Notes: a model not told the origin generated them from the letters alone. Positions 21,086-33,503 are shown, counted from the first letter of the stretch. The stretch is DNA of 64,000 nucleotides from an uncultured delta proteobacterium (GCA_963727485.1 CAVSGM010000003.1:352001-416000), one strand, 5' to 3'. Numbers and translations are program-made.

Positions 21086-21771
21086 GGCTCCTCCAGTCCG
21101 GCCTCCTCCGCGAGGAGGTGCAGCTCATCGACCCGCGCACGGGAGCGGGCGATGGCCAGACGGGCGTAGTACAGGGCGAGGAAGATCAGCAGGAAGGCAA
21201 GGGCACAGACCACCAGCGCCTCGCCCATGCCGGGCGCGAGGCCGTTCTTCTCGGTGGTGATCCTGGGCGGGTGGGTGCCCCGCCAGATGTCCACCGCGAA
21301 GTAGATGAGGGGCACCTGCACCACCCCGAAGATGGCGATGCCCGCCGAGAGGGACCGGGCGCTGGTGCCGCCGAAGGCCCGGACCAACAGGTAGGCGAAG
21401 AGCACCATCTCCAGGAGCAGGGTCATGGTGAGGCGCACGTCCCAGACCCAGGGGTGGCCCCAGGCCTTCCAGGCCCACAGGGGCCCGGTCACCAGGACCA
21501 TCACCCCGAAGAGGGCGGCGAGCTCGCCGGCGGCGCCGGCGGCGCGGTCGGCGCTCTCCTTGTGGCCCACCAGGAACACGATGCTCGCCACCGCGCAGAT
21601 GATGACGGCGATGAACATCACCCAGGCCGCGGGCACGTGGTAGTAGAAGATCTTCTGCACGAAGCCCATCTTCATCTCGAGCGGCGCCACGTAGAACGCG
21701 AGATACGTGCCCCAGATGAGCAGGCCGAGGCCAGCGAGGATGGTGACGAGGAAGAGTGCTTGCTTCTTCAT
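21082..21771 (-). CDS. ccmC: Heme exporter / cytochrome c biogenesis protein CcmC
   Basis: YYHVP, tryptophan-rich WAWKAWGHPWVWDVRLT, second His in RGTHP. Confidence 0.92.
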   Translation of the reverse strand: MKKQALFLVTILAGLGLLIWGTYLAFYVAPLEMKMGFVQKIFYYHVPAAWVMFIAVIICAVASIVFLVGHKESADRAAGAAGELAALFGVMVLVTGPLWAWKAWGHPWVWDVRLTMTLLLEMVLFAYLLVRAFGGTSARSLSAGIAIFGVVQVPLIYFAVDIWRGTHPPRITTEKNGLAPGMGEALVVCALAFLLIFLALYYARLAIARSRARVDELHLLAEEAGLEEP

Positions 21772-21779
21772 GGCCGGTC

Positions 21780-22610
21780 CTAGTCCAGGGTGATCAGCCG
21801 CTCGAAGGTCCAGAGGCTCACCACCAGCATCACCAGGTCGAACACGGCGAGGAGGGCGGTGAAGAAGTGGAGCTGGGTGAGGTTGGGGTGGTCGGCGAAG
21901 ACCTGGCTGGTGCCCATGACCCCGGAGATGAACAGGGGCATGAGCAGGGGGTAGAGGACGATGAACAGGAGCAGGTCCCGGGCGCGGCTCTTGGCCATCA
22001 GCGCTCCGAAGAACCCGCCGACGATGCTGAAGCCGGCGAGCCCCAACGCCACCAGGCCCACCACCCGGCCGTGCATCGCCAGGATGTCCACCTGGAAGAG
22101 CACGCCCACCAGCGGCACGATGAACACGCTGGTCACCGCGAGGAACACGAAGATCCCGACGACCTTGCCGAGGTAGATCCCCGGGCGGCTCGCCGGCGAG
22201 AGCAAGAGCGCGCGCAGGCCGTCGGCCTCGCGCTCCCGGTCCCAGGCCCGGGAGAGCCCCAGGGTGCCGGCAAACGCCAGCGCCACCCAGAGGATCCCGG
22301 CGGCGACGTCGGGGAGCGGCGCCCCGCCCCGCACGAAGGCAAAGGCGAAGACCAGCACCACCAGCACCGCGAAGAGCAGCATCGAGAGCAGCACCTCGCC
22401 GCTGCGCAGCTCGGCGAGCAGGTCCTTGCGGAGGATCGCCGCCGCCTGGCGGATCATCTCGATCACGCCGCCGGCTCCTGGGTTCGAAGGGCGCTCATCG
22501 GAAGCCCCTCCGGGTACCACGGTCGGGCCCGCCGGCGAAGCCTCACGGGCGACCAGGTCGTCGGGATCCGGGTCCCGGGCCGCCGGGGCCACCTGCTCGA
22601 GGCGGGTCAT
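21780..22610 (-). CDS. ccmB: Heme exporter protein CcmB
   Basis: KDLLAELRS, GILWV...FAG, ERE...L..LLL.P, LYPLLMP; between ccmA and ccmC. Confidence 0.9.
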   Translation of the reverse strand: MTRLEQVAPAARDPDPDDLVAREASPAGPTVVPGGASDERPSNPGAGGVIEMIRQAAAILRKDLLAELRSGEVLLSMLLFAVLVVLVFAFAFVRGGAPLPDVAAGILWVALAFAGTLGLSRAWDREREADGLRALLLSPASRPGIYLGKVVGIFVFLAVTSVFIVPLVGVLFQVDILAMHGRVVGLVALGLAGFSIVGGFFGALMAKSRARDLLLFIVLYPLLMPLFISGVMGTSQVFADHPNLTQLHFFTALLAVFDLVMLVVSLWTFERLITLD

Positions 22611-23341
22611 CGGGCCCTCGCCCGGGCGGCCACCTGGGCGGTGTGGGTGCGGTAGAGCTCCCCGAGCTCGGGGCCGTCGACGGCCTCCTCCACCAGGTGC
22701 GAGACCCGGCCCCGGGCGAGGATGGCGGTGCGATCCGCGAGCCGCGCGGCGCCGTCGAGGTCGTGGGTCACCAGGACCACGATGCGGCCGCGGCCCCGGG
22801 CCTCCCGGAGGATCTCCATCAGCCGCGCCGAGGCGTCCCGGTCGAGGCCGGTGAACGGCTCGTCGAGGAGGAGCAGCCGTGGGTCCGGGAGGAGCGCCCG
22901 GGCCAGGGCCAGGCGCTGGAGCATCCCCCGGCTGTAGGTGGAGGCGGCGCGCTGCCAGGCGGGCTCGGCGAGGCCCACCCGCTCCAGCACCGCCGCCGCC
23001 CGCTCGGGGAGCTGGTCGAGGCCGTAGAGGCGCCCGAAGAAGTGGAGGTTCTCCAGGGCCGAGAGCTGCGGGTAGACCAGCGCCGCGTGGCTGACCAGGC
23101 CGATCTCGCCCCGGAGCGAGGTGGCGGCCTCGTCGTGCCCCGCCTCGCCGTAGCGCACCTCGCCCGCCGAGGGCCGCAGGAGCGTGGAGAGGATCGAGAG
23201 CAGGGTGGTCTTCCCGGCGCCGTTGGCCCCGAGGAGCGCGGTCACCTCGCCCACCCGGAAGGTCAGGTCCACGCCCGCGAGCGCCCGGGTCCGGCCGTAG
23301 ACCTTGGTGACACCCCGGCAGACGACGGTGTCGAAGCCCAT
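22607..23341 (-). CDS. ccmA: Heme ABC exporter ATP-binding protein CcmA
   Basis: Walker A GANGAGKT, YSRGM signature, LLLDEPFTGLD; operon context. Confidence 0.9.
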   Translation of the reverse strand: MGFDTVVCRGVTKVYGRTRALAGVDLTFRVGEVTALLGANGAGKTTLLSILSTLLRPSAGEVRYGEAGHDEAATSLRGEIGLVSHAALVYPQLSALENLHFFGRLYGLDQLPERAAAVLERVGLAEPAWQRAASTYSRGMLQRLALARALLPDPRLLLLDEPFTGLDRDASARLMEILREARGRGRIVVLVTHDLDGAARLADRTAILARGRVSHLVEEAVDGPELGELYRTHTAQVAARARAR

Positions 23342-23347
23342 GGTGAC

Positions 23348-24487
23348 CTATCGCTCCAGACTGCGCAGGACGTTGGCGAGGCGATCGAGGATCTCCTGGC
23401 GATCCTCCCGGTAGTCGTCGTCGCCGACGCTGCCGTCCTTCTTGTCACGCTCGAGCTGCTCGAGGTCGGCGAGGAGCTCGTCGCGCTCGGCCTCGAGGCT
23501 GGCCTTGAAGGCCCGGTCCTGGCTGCGCTCCTTGCCGCCACCGAGCGCCATCACGAAGCCCATCAGCACCAGGAACCCGGCGAGCCCCGCGGCGACCCAC
23601 CGGCTCCGGTAGGTGCGGTGGGGCAGCCCGTCGAGGGTGAAGGCGATCTTTCCGCCGTTGGTGGACAGCTGCACCGCCCGGAACTGCCGCCCCTCGCTGG
23701 AGCGGGTGTCCTGGCCCATGACCGCCGGTCCGGTGACCTTGAGGTCCTTGGCGTCCTCGATGATCGCCTGGGTGGTGCCCATCTTGATCTTGAGGGGCTG
23801 ATCGTAGGCGAGGTGGTGGCCGGCGTGGGGCACCTTGAAGGTGACCACCACCTGGGTGCGGCCGGGCAGAAACGGCCCCGGGGCCCGGGCGCCCACGCCG
23901 TCGACGGTGTAGACGGGCTTCCCATTGACGCCGTTGACGTCATAGAAGCCGGTCGGGAGCGGGATCACCAGGCCGCCCTTGGGGTCGTAGGTGTCCTGGG
24001 AGCCGTTGACCACCGAGAGGACCTCGGTGAAGTCGAGGTAGTCGTCGCCGAGCTCGGCCACCAGGTGGCTCTGGGGCCCGAACGACAGGTCGTCCAGGGT
24101 GGCGCCGCCGGCGGACTTCTCGAAGACCTTGAGGGTCAGGGCCAGGCCGAACTTGGGGCTCCCGGCGTAGCTTCCCTCGGGGCCCTTGTACTGCACGCCC
24201 TCGTAGGTGGTGTAGGCGGTGAGGACCAGGCCGGGCCGGAAGGGGATGTGGAAGGTGGCGACGCCCTGGGCGTCGGTCTTCTGCTCCCCGTAGCTCACCT
24301 CGCCGCCCCCCGGCGGCACGCCGATGACCTTGATGGTCTGGGCGGCCAGCGGCTTGCCGTCCTTGGAGACGTGGACCAGGACGGTGTCCTTGGGGATGGC
24401 GTCCTCGGCGGACGCGGTCAGCGGCACCAGGGCCACGAGCCCGAGGGCGAGGGCGGCGACGAGGCCGGAGCGGGTGAGCCGTCTCAT
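23348..24487 (-). CDS. Periplasmic/membrane ccm-associated protein (N-terminal prealbumin/carboxypeptidase-regulatory-like beta domain, C-terminal TM and CcmI-like coiled coil)
   Basis: Signal peptide, TDAQGVATF, C-terminal TM, then LLADLEQLERD..G.V..DDY...R. Confidence 0.65.
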   Translation of the reverse strand: MRRLTRSGLVAALALGLVALVPLTASAEDAIPKDTVLVHVSKDGKPLAAQTIKVIGVPPGGGEVSYGEQKTDAQGVATFHIPFRPGLVLTAYTTYEGVQYKGPEGSYAGSPKFGLALTLKVFEKSAGGATLDDLSFGPQSHLVAELGDDYLDFTEVLSVVNGSQDTYDPKGGLVIPLPTGFYDVNGVNGKPVYTVDGVGARAPGPFLPGRTQVVVTFKVPHAGHHLAYDQPLKIKMGTTQAIIEDAKDLKVTGPAVMGQDTRSSEGRQFRAVQLSTNGGKIAFTLDGLPHRTYRSRWVAAGLAGFLVLMGFVMALGGGKERSQDRAFKASLEAERDELLADLEQLERDKKDGSVGDDDYREDRQEILDRLANVLRSLER

Positions 24488-25437
24488 GCCTCCGCCTCCT
24501 CGAGCTTGGTCCCGCAGCGCTTGCAGAACCGGGCGTCGGCCTCGTTCTCGGTCTCGCAGGAGGGGCAGGTCCGGGGCACGGCGACCAGCCGCCGTCCGCA
24601 GCCCACGCAGAAGACCGCGTCGGGATCGTTGTCCCGGCCGCACCCGTCGCAGGTCAGGCCTTCAGGACCACTCGGCGCCTCGGCGGCCGCCGGCGCTTCG
24701 GCACCCGCGCCCCTCGGCGCCTCGGCGGCCGCTTCCTTCGCGCCCGCCGGCGCCGTCGCCTGCGACTGCGTCCCGTTCTCCGCGGCCGCGTCCCGAGCCA
24801 TCCGCTTGTCCTCTTGCCCGGGATCACCCGGCGCCCTGGCCGCCGCCTCGGCGTCCTGCTGCTTCTTCTGCTTCTTCGGCGCCTCCGCCTCCAGCACCTT
24901 GGCCACGTCGCGCTTCCGGCGCAGCCCCGGCACCGGCGAGAGGGTCAGCCCGGCCTTCGCCAGGTGCCCCTTGGCCACCTCGGTGGCCTTCTTCTCCCAG
25001 GCCCGCCGCTCGTCGTCGATGGCCTTGAGCACCCGCAGGGCCTCGGCCTCGTAGCGGTTCCGGAGGTCCCGGTAGTCGCGGTCGTCGATCTTGTTCATGT
25101 CGTGGTCGAAGTCGATCTCCTTGATCGCCGCCAGGACCTGGACCTTCTCCTCCTCGAGGGCCGCGTGGGTCGGCATCTCCTCGAGGTAGGGGAAGCGTCG
25201 CTTCCCGCGCAGGGTCAGGATGATCTGGCCCACCAGGACGATGGCCACCGCCACCGCGGCTCCGCCGACCCCGAGCACCACCCGGGGCAGGGTGCCCGCG
25301 GTCTGGTCCCCGAAGCCGATGACGAAGGCGAAGCCGAGGGCAGCGGCGACGTAGACGGGGAACCAGCCGGACTTCTTTCGATGCAGGCCGACTCCCCCCT
25401 CCAGGGCTGGAAGGGTGTCGGACGCGATGTCGCTCAT
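24484..25437 (-). CDS. CcmI-like membrane protein with C-terminal double zinc ribbon
   Basis: Two TMs, IKEIDFDHDMNKIDDRDY..LR.RY coil, four CxxC pairs (CDGC, CVGC, CPSC, CKRC). Confidence 0.7.
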   Translation of the reverse strand: MSDIASDTLPALEGGVGLHRKKSGWFPVYVAAALGFAFVIGFGDQTAGTLPRVVLGVGGAAVAVAIVLVGQIILTLRGKRRFPYLEEMPTHAALEEEKVQVLAAIKEIDFDHDMNKIDDRDYRDLRNRYEAEALRVLKAIDDERRAWEKKATEVAKGHLAKAGLTLSPVPGLRRKRDVAKVLEAEAPKKQKKQQDAEAAARAPGDPGQEDKRMARDAAAENGTQSQATAPAGAKEAAAEAPRGAGAEAPAAAEAPSGPEGLTCDGCGRDNDPDAVFCVGCGRRLVAVPRTCPSCETENEADARFCKRCGTKLEEAEA

Positions 25438-25449
25438 GGTGCGCCTCGG

Positions 25450-27933
<2,484 letters not shown>

Positions 27934-27965
27934 CTGGGAGACTCCGAACTACCCGATGCCGGGCG

Positions 27966-28409
27966 TCAGCTGCCCGGGGAGGTCATCGGGATGTTCTCGG
28001 GATGGGTGAGACCTTCGGCCTTGGCCGCCTGGTACTTCGAGGGGCACTTGGCGATGACCTCGTTGGCGTCGAAGTAGCCCTGCTTCGTCATCTTCCCGGA
28101 GACGACGACGATCGCTCCGTCCTTGAAGGTGTCGGGCACGACGCCGGTGTAGTGGACCACCGCGGACTTGCCGTTGCGGGCCACGGTGAACTGGTACTGC
28201 ATGGTGCCGGGCTTGTTGAAGATCGAGCCCTTGACCACCTTGCCGCCCATCTTCAGGCGGGGACCGGTCCACTTGGCGAGGTGGGCTTCCACTTCGTCCA
28301 CCTGTTTGTAGTACTGCAGGTTGTCCCCGAGGCTGGCACCAACGAGATAGGCGAGACCGCCGCCAATGATGACGACGCTGGCGACGACCTTCAGGAGTTT
28401 CGGGAACAT
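27966..28409 (-). CDS. ccmE: Heme chaperone CcmE, CxxxY variant
   Basis: N-terminal TM, YY, V.Y.G.VPDTFKDG...VV.G, AKCPSKY. Confidence 0.92.
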   Translation of the reverse strand: MFPKLLKVVASVVIIGGGLAYLVGASLGDNLQYYKQVDEVEAHLAKWTGPRLKMGGKVVKGSIFNKPGTMQYQFTVARNGKSAVVHYTGVVPDTFKDGAIVVVSGKMTKQGYFDANEVIAKCPSKYQAAKAEGLTHPENIPMTSPGS

Positions 28410-28528
28410 GTGGGCATTCTCCCTTTGCGCAGTCGGGACGGTCAAGGCACCGGCGCCCTCGCAACCCTTAGGTCCGGTTGCATCTTCCGGCCGGGTGGAG
28501 GAATGTGCGCCATCGGCTGGGAATTGCC

Positions 28529-28545
28529 AGCAACAATCGTACCGG
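28529..28545 (-). promoter_or_regulatory. Candidate sigma54 (-24/-12) promoter of the ccm operon
   Basis: Minus strand CCGGTACGATTGTTGCT has GG-N10-GC spacing and TTGCT, ~120 nt upstream of ccmE. Confidence 0.5.
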
Positions 28546-28626
28546 ATCCGCCCCGGGGCACCCGGTGGCTGGACCGGGAGCCTGCCCGGAAGTGAAGATC
28601 GACGCAAGGAGACCGTCGTGGCCACC

Positions 28627-29643
28627 ATGCACCCCTCCCGAAGCCTCGCCCGCCTCGCCCTCCTCGCCTCCGTCCTGGCCCTCCCGGGCCTCGCCCGGGC
28701 CTCGGTGACCAGCGCCCAGATCTACGTGAAGACCCGGGACGCCAAGCGCCTCCAGGCGGCGGTCTCCGACTACCTCGGCGGGTGGATGAAGCACCCCGGG
28801 GCGATGAACGATCCGGTCTGGCTCCCAGGGGCCGGACGCCGCCTCATCGTGCTGCCGCCCCACCACGGGTGGGCAACCCTGATCGAGGGCAGTGATCGGG
28901 CCGCGGACCCCTCCCTGGCTGAAGCCCTGAGCAGGGCCCTGAAGACCCGTGTGGTGTGGCTGGAGGTGCTCGGGGACAGCCTCTCGTGGCGCTACGTGAT
29001 CCTCGAGAAGGGGAAGATCATCGGCACCCGGGCCGAGCCGGTGCCGGGGTTCGCGGCGAGCCCGGTCAAGGGGGCGATGCCCACCTACCACGACGTCGAG
29101 ACCCTCGCCTGGAGCCTCCTCTCCAAGGAGGGAATCCCGGCCGCCTACCGCTTCCTCCGGCAGGCCGACGTCCACGTCTCGAAGCACCCCAAGCAGGGGC
29201 CCCAGGCGACCATCTTCCGGGTGGTCGATCACGAGCAGAAGCTCCAGGCCGGGACCGGGCACTTCGGCTTCGCGCTCCCCGACCGGGGGAAAACCCCACC
29301 CGTGGTCATCGACACCTTCGTCCCCCAGAAGGGGATGCCGGCGCCGGGTCTCGGGGTCGATCTCCTGCGCCTCACCGGGGCCCCGACCCCTGAAAGACTT
29401 GCAAATCTTGCGCAAGTCCTGCGCGAAGTGCGCAAACGTTACAGCCTCGGGGGGAAGGTGCACTTCTGTCACCTGGTCTCCGGCCCCTACCAGGTGCCGG
29501 TCTACCAGGTCCTCGCCAAGGCGCCCGGGGACTGCCAGCCGGTCTACCGCCGCCTCCTCGGGCGGGCCCGGCAGGCGGCGGCGAAGGAGGCCAAGGCGGC
29601 GGCGGCGAAGCAGGGCCCGCAGCCGAAGAAGGCCAAGAAGTAG
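28627..29643 (+). CDS. Secreted hypothetical protein
   Basis: GGAG RBS, signal peptide ending ARA, GC3-biased codons, Lys/Ala tail. Confidence 0.7.
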   Translation: MHPSRSLARLALLASVLALPGLARASVTSAQIYVKTRDAKRLQAAVSDYLGGWMKHPGAMNDPVWLPGAGRRLIVLPPHHGWATLIEGSDRAADPSLAEALSRALKTRVVWLEVLGDSLSWRYVILEKGKIIGTRAEPVPGFAASPVKGAMPTYHDVETLAWSLLSKEGIPAAYRFLRQADVHVSKHPKQGPQATIFRVVDHEQKLQAGTGHFGFALPDRGKTPPVVIDTFVPQKGMPAPGLGVDLLRLTGAPTPERLANLAQVLREVRKRYSLGGKVHFCHLVSGPYQVPVYQVLAKAPGDCQPVYRRLLGRARQAAAKEAKAAAAKQGPQPKKAKK

Positions 29644-29649
29644 CCCAAG

Positions 29650-29870
29650 CTACCAGAATCCCAGGGAAAGACTGGTGACGAGGTAGCTGGAGGCCACGTC
29701 GAAGGCGAAGCTCGCCCGCCAGCGGTAGCCCAGCAGCGCGAAGAGGTAGACGTCGATCCCGCCGGTGAGGTGGAGGCGCGGCCCCACCCCGGCGAAGCGC
29801 GAGGGCTCGAGGCGGAGCCCCCGAGGCGCAGGCCCCAGCGCAGGGCCTGCGCAACCTCCTGGCGGCCGGG
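29650..29870 (-). pseudogene. C-terminal remnant of an outer-membrane beta-barrel-like protein
   Basis: Startless frame LEPSRFAGVGPRLHLTGGIDVYLF...WRASFAFDVASSYLVTSLSLGFW*: amphipathic beta strands ending in an aromatic residue. Confidence 0.5.
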
Positions 29871-29881
29871 CCGCTTGCGGG

Positions 29882-30763
29882 TCAGGGGGCGCCGGGGTCG
29901 TCGGGTCGGCGCTCGCCCCGGGCGGCGGCGAGCTCGGTCTCGAGGTGGTCGATGCGCCGGGTGAGGCGGGCGAGGGCCTCGGCCACCGGGTCCGGGAGGT
30001 CGGCGTGGGCGTGGTCGGCCAGCGCCGAGACCCGGCGGCCCTGCTCGTCGATGACCACCCGGCCCGGGACCCCGACCACCGTGGCGCCGGCGGGGACGTC
30101 GTGGATCACCACCGACCCCGAGCCCACCTTGGCCCCGTCGCCGAGGTGGATGCCTCCGAGGACCGAGGCGTTGGAGCCCACCACCACGTTGCGGCCGAGG
30201 TGGGGGTGGCGGACGGTGCGCTCGAGGCTGGTGCCCCCGAGGACCACGCCCTTGTAGAGCAGGCAGCCGTCGCCCACGTAGGCGGTCTCGCCGATGACGA
30301 TGCCCATGCCGTGGTCGATGAACACCCCGCGGCCGAAGGTGGCGCCGGGGTGGATCTCGATGCCGGTGACGAAGCGGTTGGTCTCGGAGACCGTGCGGGC
30401 GGCCAGGGGGTGGCCCCGGCGGAAGAGGCCGTGGGCGAGGCGGTGGAGCCAGAGGGCGTGGACCCCCGGGTAGGTGAGGGCGACCTCGGCCCGGGAGCGC
30501 GCCGCCGGGTCGTTGTGCATCGCCGCGTCGAGGTCCTCGACCACGGTGGCGAGGCCCCGGCGCACCCGGCCGACGAGGCCGCCCCGGGCGGGGGGCGCCT
30601 CGCCCTTGGCGTCGGTGCACCTCGGGCAGGGGACCGGGCCCTCGTCGCGGGCCTTCTGGGCCACCGGGTCCGGGGGGACGGCGGCGCCGGGGTGGTCGCC
30701 GTCGCCGGTGATCTCCCTCCAGCCGTCGGAGGTGTGGAACGCGTGTCGCCTGGGGGTCGCCAT
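29882..30763 (-). CDS. cysE: Serine O-acetyltransferase with N-terminal extension
   Basis: DPAARS..EV.L.YPG.HA, TGIEIHPGA, FIDHGMG.VIGET, RHP, hexapeptide repeats, VGVPGR. Confidence 0.9.
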   Translation of the reverse strand: MATPRRHAFHTSDGWREITGDGDHPGAAVPPDPVAQKARDEGPVPCPRCTDAKGEAPPARGGLVGRVRRGLATVVEDLDAAMHNDPAARSRAEVALTYPGVHALWLHRLAHGLFRRGHPLAARTVSETNRFVTGIEIHPGATFGRGVFIDHGMGIVIGETAYVGDGCLLYKGVVLGGTSLERTVRHPHLGRNVVVGSNASVLGGIHLGDGAKVGSGSVVIHDVPAGATVVGVPGRVVIDEQGRRVSALADHAHADLPDPVAEALARLTRRIDHLETELAAARGERRPDDPGAP

Positions 30764-30840
30764 GGTGCGCCCCAGGATAGGGCACGGGCGGGGCCGCGTG
30801 CTAGAAGGGGACCGGGCCCCAGGGCCCGAAAGAGGTGCAG

Positions 30841-31937
30841 ATGCCCGCGACCGACGACAGCGCGGCCCCCGGGCCCACGGCCCGGGCCGTCGTCGCCCGG
30901 GACACGGCCACGGTCAAGCGCCTGGCGGTGGAGGCCGGCTTCGACCTGGTGGGCGTCGCCCGCTACGCGCCCCTCGATCCCGCGGCCCTCGACCGGTGGC
31001 TCTCCCGGGGGATGCACGGGCGGATGGCGTGGATGGCCGAGGGCCGGGACGCCCGGGTGGATCCGGCGGTGCTCCTCCCGGAGGTGCGCTCGGTCGTCGC
31101 CCTGGCCGCCAACTACTGGCACCCCGGGGACACCCGGCTGCCCGGGGGCGGGCGGGTGTCGCGCTACGCCTGGGGACGCGACTACCACAAGGAGCTCGGG
31201 GGCGCCTCTCGCGCCTGCGCCGGCGTCTCGCCGTCGAGTACCCCGGGCTCGAGCACTGGGGTGGCACCGACCCGGTGCCCATCAAGGAGAAGGTGTGGGC
31301 CGAGCGGGCGGGGCTCGGGTGGATTGGCAAGAGCGGCAACCTGGTGACCCGGCGCTTCGGCACCTGGGTGCTCCTGGCGGCGCTGCTCGTGGACCTCGAG
31401 CTCGAGCCCGACGCCCCCCACGCCGATCACTGCGGCTCGTGCACCGCCTGCCTCGACGCCTGCCCCACCGGCGCCATCGTCTCCCCGGGGGTGGTCGACG
31501 CCAGGCGGTGCCTCTCGTACCACTCCATCGAGCACCGGGAGGCCTGGCCCGACGAGGTCGCCGAGCGGGCCGGCGGGTGGATGTACGGCTGCGACGTGTG
31601 CCAGGACGTGTGCCCCTGGTCGGTGAAGTTCGCCGAGCCCGGGCGCCTGGCGGCCTTCGCCCCGAGGCCCGAGGTGACGACCCGGCGCCTCGCCGGGTGG
31701 ATTCCGCCTGGGGGCCGAGGCGTGGTCGGCGGCCACCGCCGGGAGCGCCCTGCGCCGGCCGGGGCACGCGGGCCTGGTGCGCGACGCCTGCGCCGCCGCC
31801 GGCACCGCGCCCGCCGACGCCGACCTCGACGCGGCGCTGGCGAGCCGGGTGGACGACCCGGATCCGCGGTGCGGCGGATGGCGCGCTGGGCCCTCGGCCG
31901 GCGGCGCGGCGAGGGCGACGACGGCGCTACCAGGTGA
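30841..31937 (+). CDS. queG: Epoxyqueuosine reductase; three apparent single-base frameshifts (~31200, ~31702, ~31866)
   Basis: G.HG.M.WM, SRYAWGRDYH, AERAGLGWIGK, CGSCTACLDACPTGA, CLSY, GCDVCQDVCPW spread over alternating frames. Confidence 0.88.
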
Positions 31938-32500
31938 CCTCGTAGAGGCAGCGCCCGTACCCGTGGAACCGGCACTCGAGGTGCTCGACCCGGGCGCTCT
32001 CGGAGCCGGTGAGGGTCACCGCGTGGCGCAGCCAGGCGCAGGCGCCCTGGTTGCAGGAGATCTCGCAGGGGCCCTCGTCCTCGCCGGTGGGCGCGGTGAG
32101 GGTCACGTGCCACCGGCGCTTCTCGACCTCCTTGGGATCGAGATCGCCGGTGGTGTAGTAGCGGCGCCAGAAGCTGGTGGCGCGCTTGAGCATGAACGCC
32201 GGGTCCCGGGTCTTGAGGAAGACCCGGAACACCACGTTGAGGTCGTGGTCGGCGGTGTAGCGGGCCAGGTCCTCGGCCTCGCGCTCGAGGCTGCCGGCGT
32301 GGGCGCGCATGTAGGCGGTGAGGGTGCGGTTCCACAGGCCCATGGGGTACCAGCCGCTGGCGAGGATGAGCCCGCCGAGGGCCTCCCGGTCGCCTCCGGG
32401 AGAGGCCGTCGACCACGGCCTGCCACGCCGCCTCGCCCTGGCGCTCCCGCGCGTAGTTGGACAGATGGACCAGCAACCCCCCTTTGACCTCTGCGCCCAT
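31927..32500 (-). CDS. TIGR02265/V4R-like small-ligand-binding protein; one +1 frameshift at ~32398
   Basis: EVKG...G..AW...L....R......LASGWYP, W..YY..G, C-terminal C...G...C.Y...W. Confidence 0.65.
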
Positions 32501-32540
32501 CCTCCCGATTGGACCAGAGGCGGCGCCTGGGGGCAATGCG

Positions 32541-33503
32541 TCAGGGCACGAAGGGCGGATCCACCACCTCGGCGCCCACGCCCTCGACGTCGAGGCGGGT
32601 GCCGGGCTCCCCGACCTCGTGGCGCAGGCGCGCGAGGGCGACGGTGATGCCCAGGGTCGGCGAGCGCAGGGCGCTGGTCACCTTGCCCACCCGCTTGCCG
32701 TCGGGGCGGGTGACCGCGGTGCCCGGGGCCGGGGGCTCGGCGCCGTCGAGGAGCAGGCCCCGGACCAGCCAGTTCACGTGGCCGCGGCTGCGGACCCGGA
32801 CCACGGTCTCCTGGCCCACGTAGCAGCCCTTGGTGGCGTGGAGGATGGGGCCCAGGCCCGCCTCCATGGGGAGGGTGTCGGCGGTGAGCTCGGCGCCCCA
32901 GGCCGGGAGGCCCGCCTCCACCCGGAGGACCTCGCCGGCGGCGGGATCGCCCGGGGCGACGCCGGCGATGGCCAGGGCCGAGACGATGGCGTCGACGTCG
33001 GCGGGGGCGCAGAGGACGGTGGCGTCGGGGACGCCGTGGAGGCCGAGGCGGGCGACGATCACCGGGCGGCCGGCGAGGGTGCCCGGGCGGTGGGCGTGAT
33101 CGCCGTCGGGGAGCGGGGCGCCGAGGAGGCCGGCGATCTTCGCCGGCGCCTCCGGGCCGAGGACCGGGAGGGTCTGGCGATCGGTGAGGGCGAGCTCCAC
33201 GTCGTCGGCGATGACGTAGCCGTCGAGGGCCGCGAGGACGGTGTCGCCGAGCGACGCCGGCACCCCGAGGTGCACCGCCTCCTCGGCGACGAGCACCTCC
33301 ACCGGGGCCACCATCCGCCCCTTGTCGGTGAGGAGCACCGAGCGGTTGCCGGCGCCGGGGGCGACCCCGAGGACGACGTTGGAGAGCAGGGCGTGGAGGA
33401 AGCGCAGCCGGTCGGCGCCGGTGACGTCGATCCAGGCGAGCGACGTCGGCGGGAGGCAGACGAGGTGTTCGCGCGCGGCGCGCACGGTGGCGTCGGTGTC
33501 CAT
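32541..33503 (-). CDS. ygfZ: Folate-binding Fe-S repair protein YgfZ (GcvT-like)
   Basis: VTGADRLRFL, LRVEAG.P, signature KGCYVGQE. Confidence 0.92.
   Translation of the reverse strand: MDTDATVRAAREHLVCLPPTSLAWIDVTGADRLRFLHALLSNVVLGVAPGAGNRSVLLTDKGRMVAPVEVLVAEEAVHLGVPASLGDTVLAALDGYVIADDVELALTDRQTLPVLGPEAPAKIAGLLGAPLPDGDHAHRPGTLAGRPVIVARLGLHGVPDATVLCAPADVDAIVSALAIAGVAPGDPAAGEVLRVEAGLPAWGAELTADTLPMEAGLGPILHATKGCYVGQETVVRVRSRGHVNWLVRGLLLDGAEPPAPGTAVTRPDGKRVGKVTSALRSPTLGITVALARLRHEVGEPGTRLDVEGVGAEVVDPPFVP

Noticed and set aside
30841..31937. queG and other frameshifted genes as true pseudogenes or programmed frameshifts
   Set aside because: All motifs are intact with no in-frame stops after single-base repair, and the indels sit at GATC or homopolymers, so sequencing error is more likely. 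I also see no evidence linking queG to the GATC modification.
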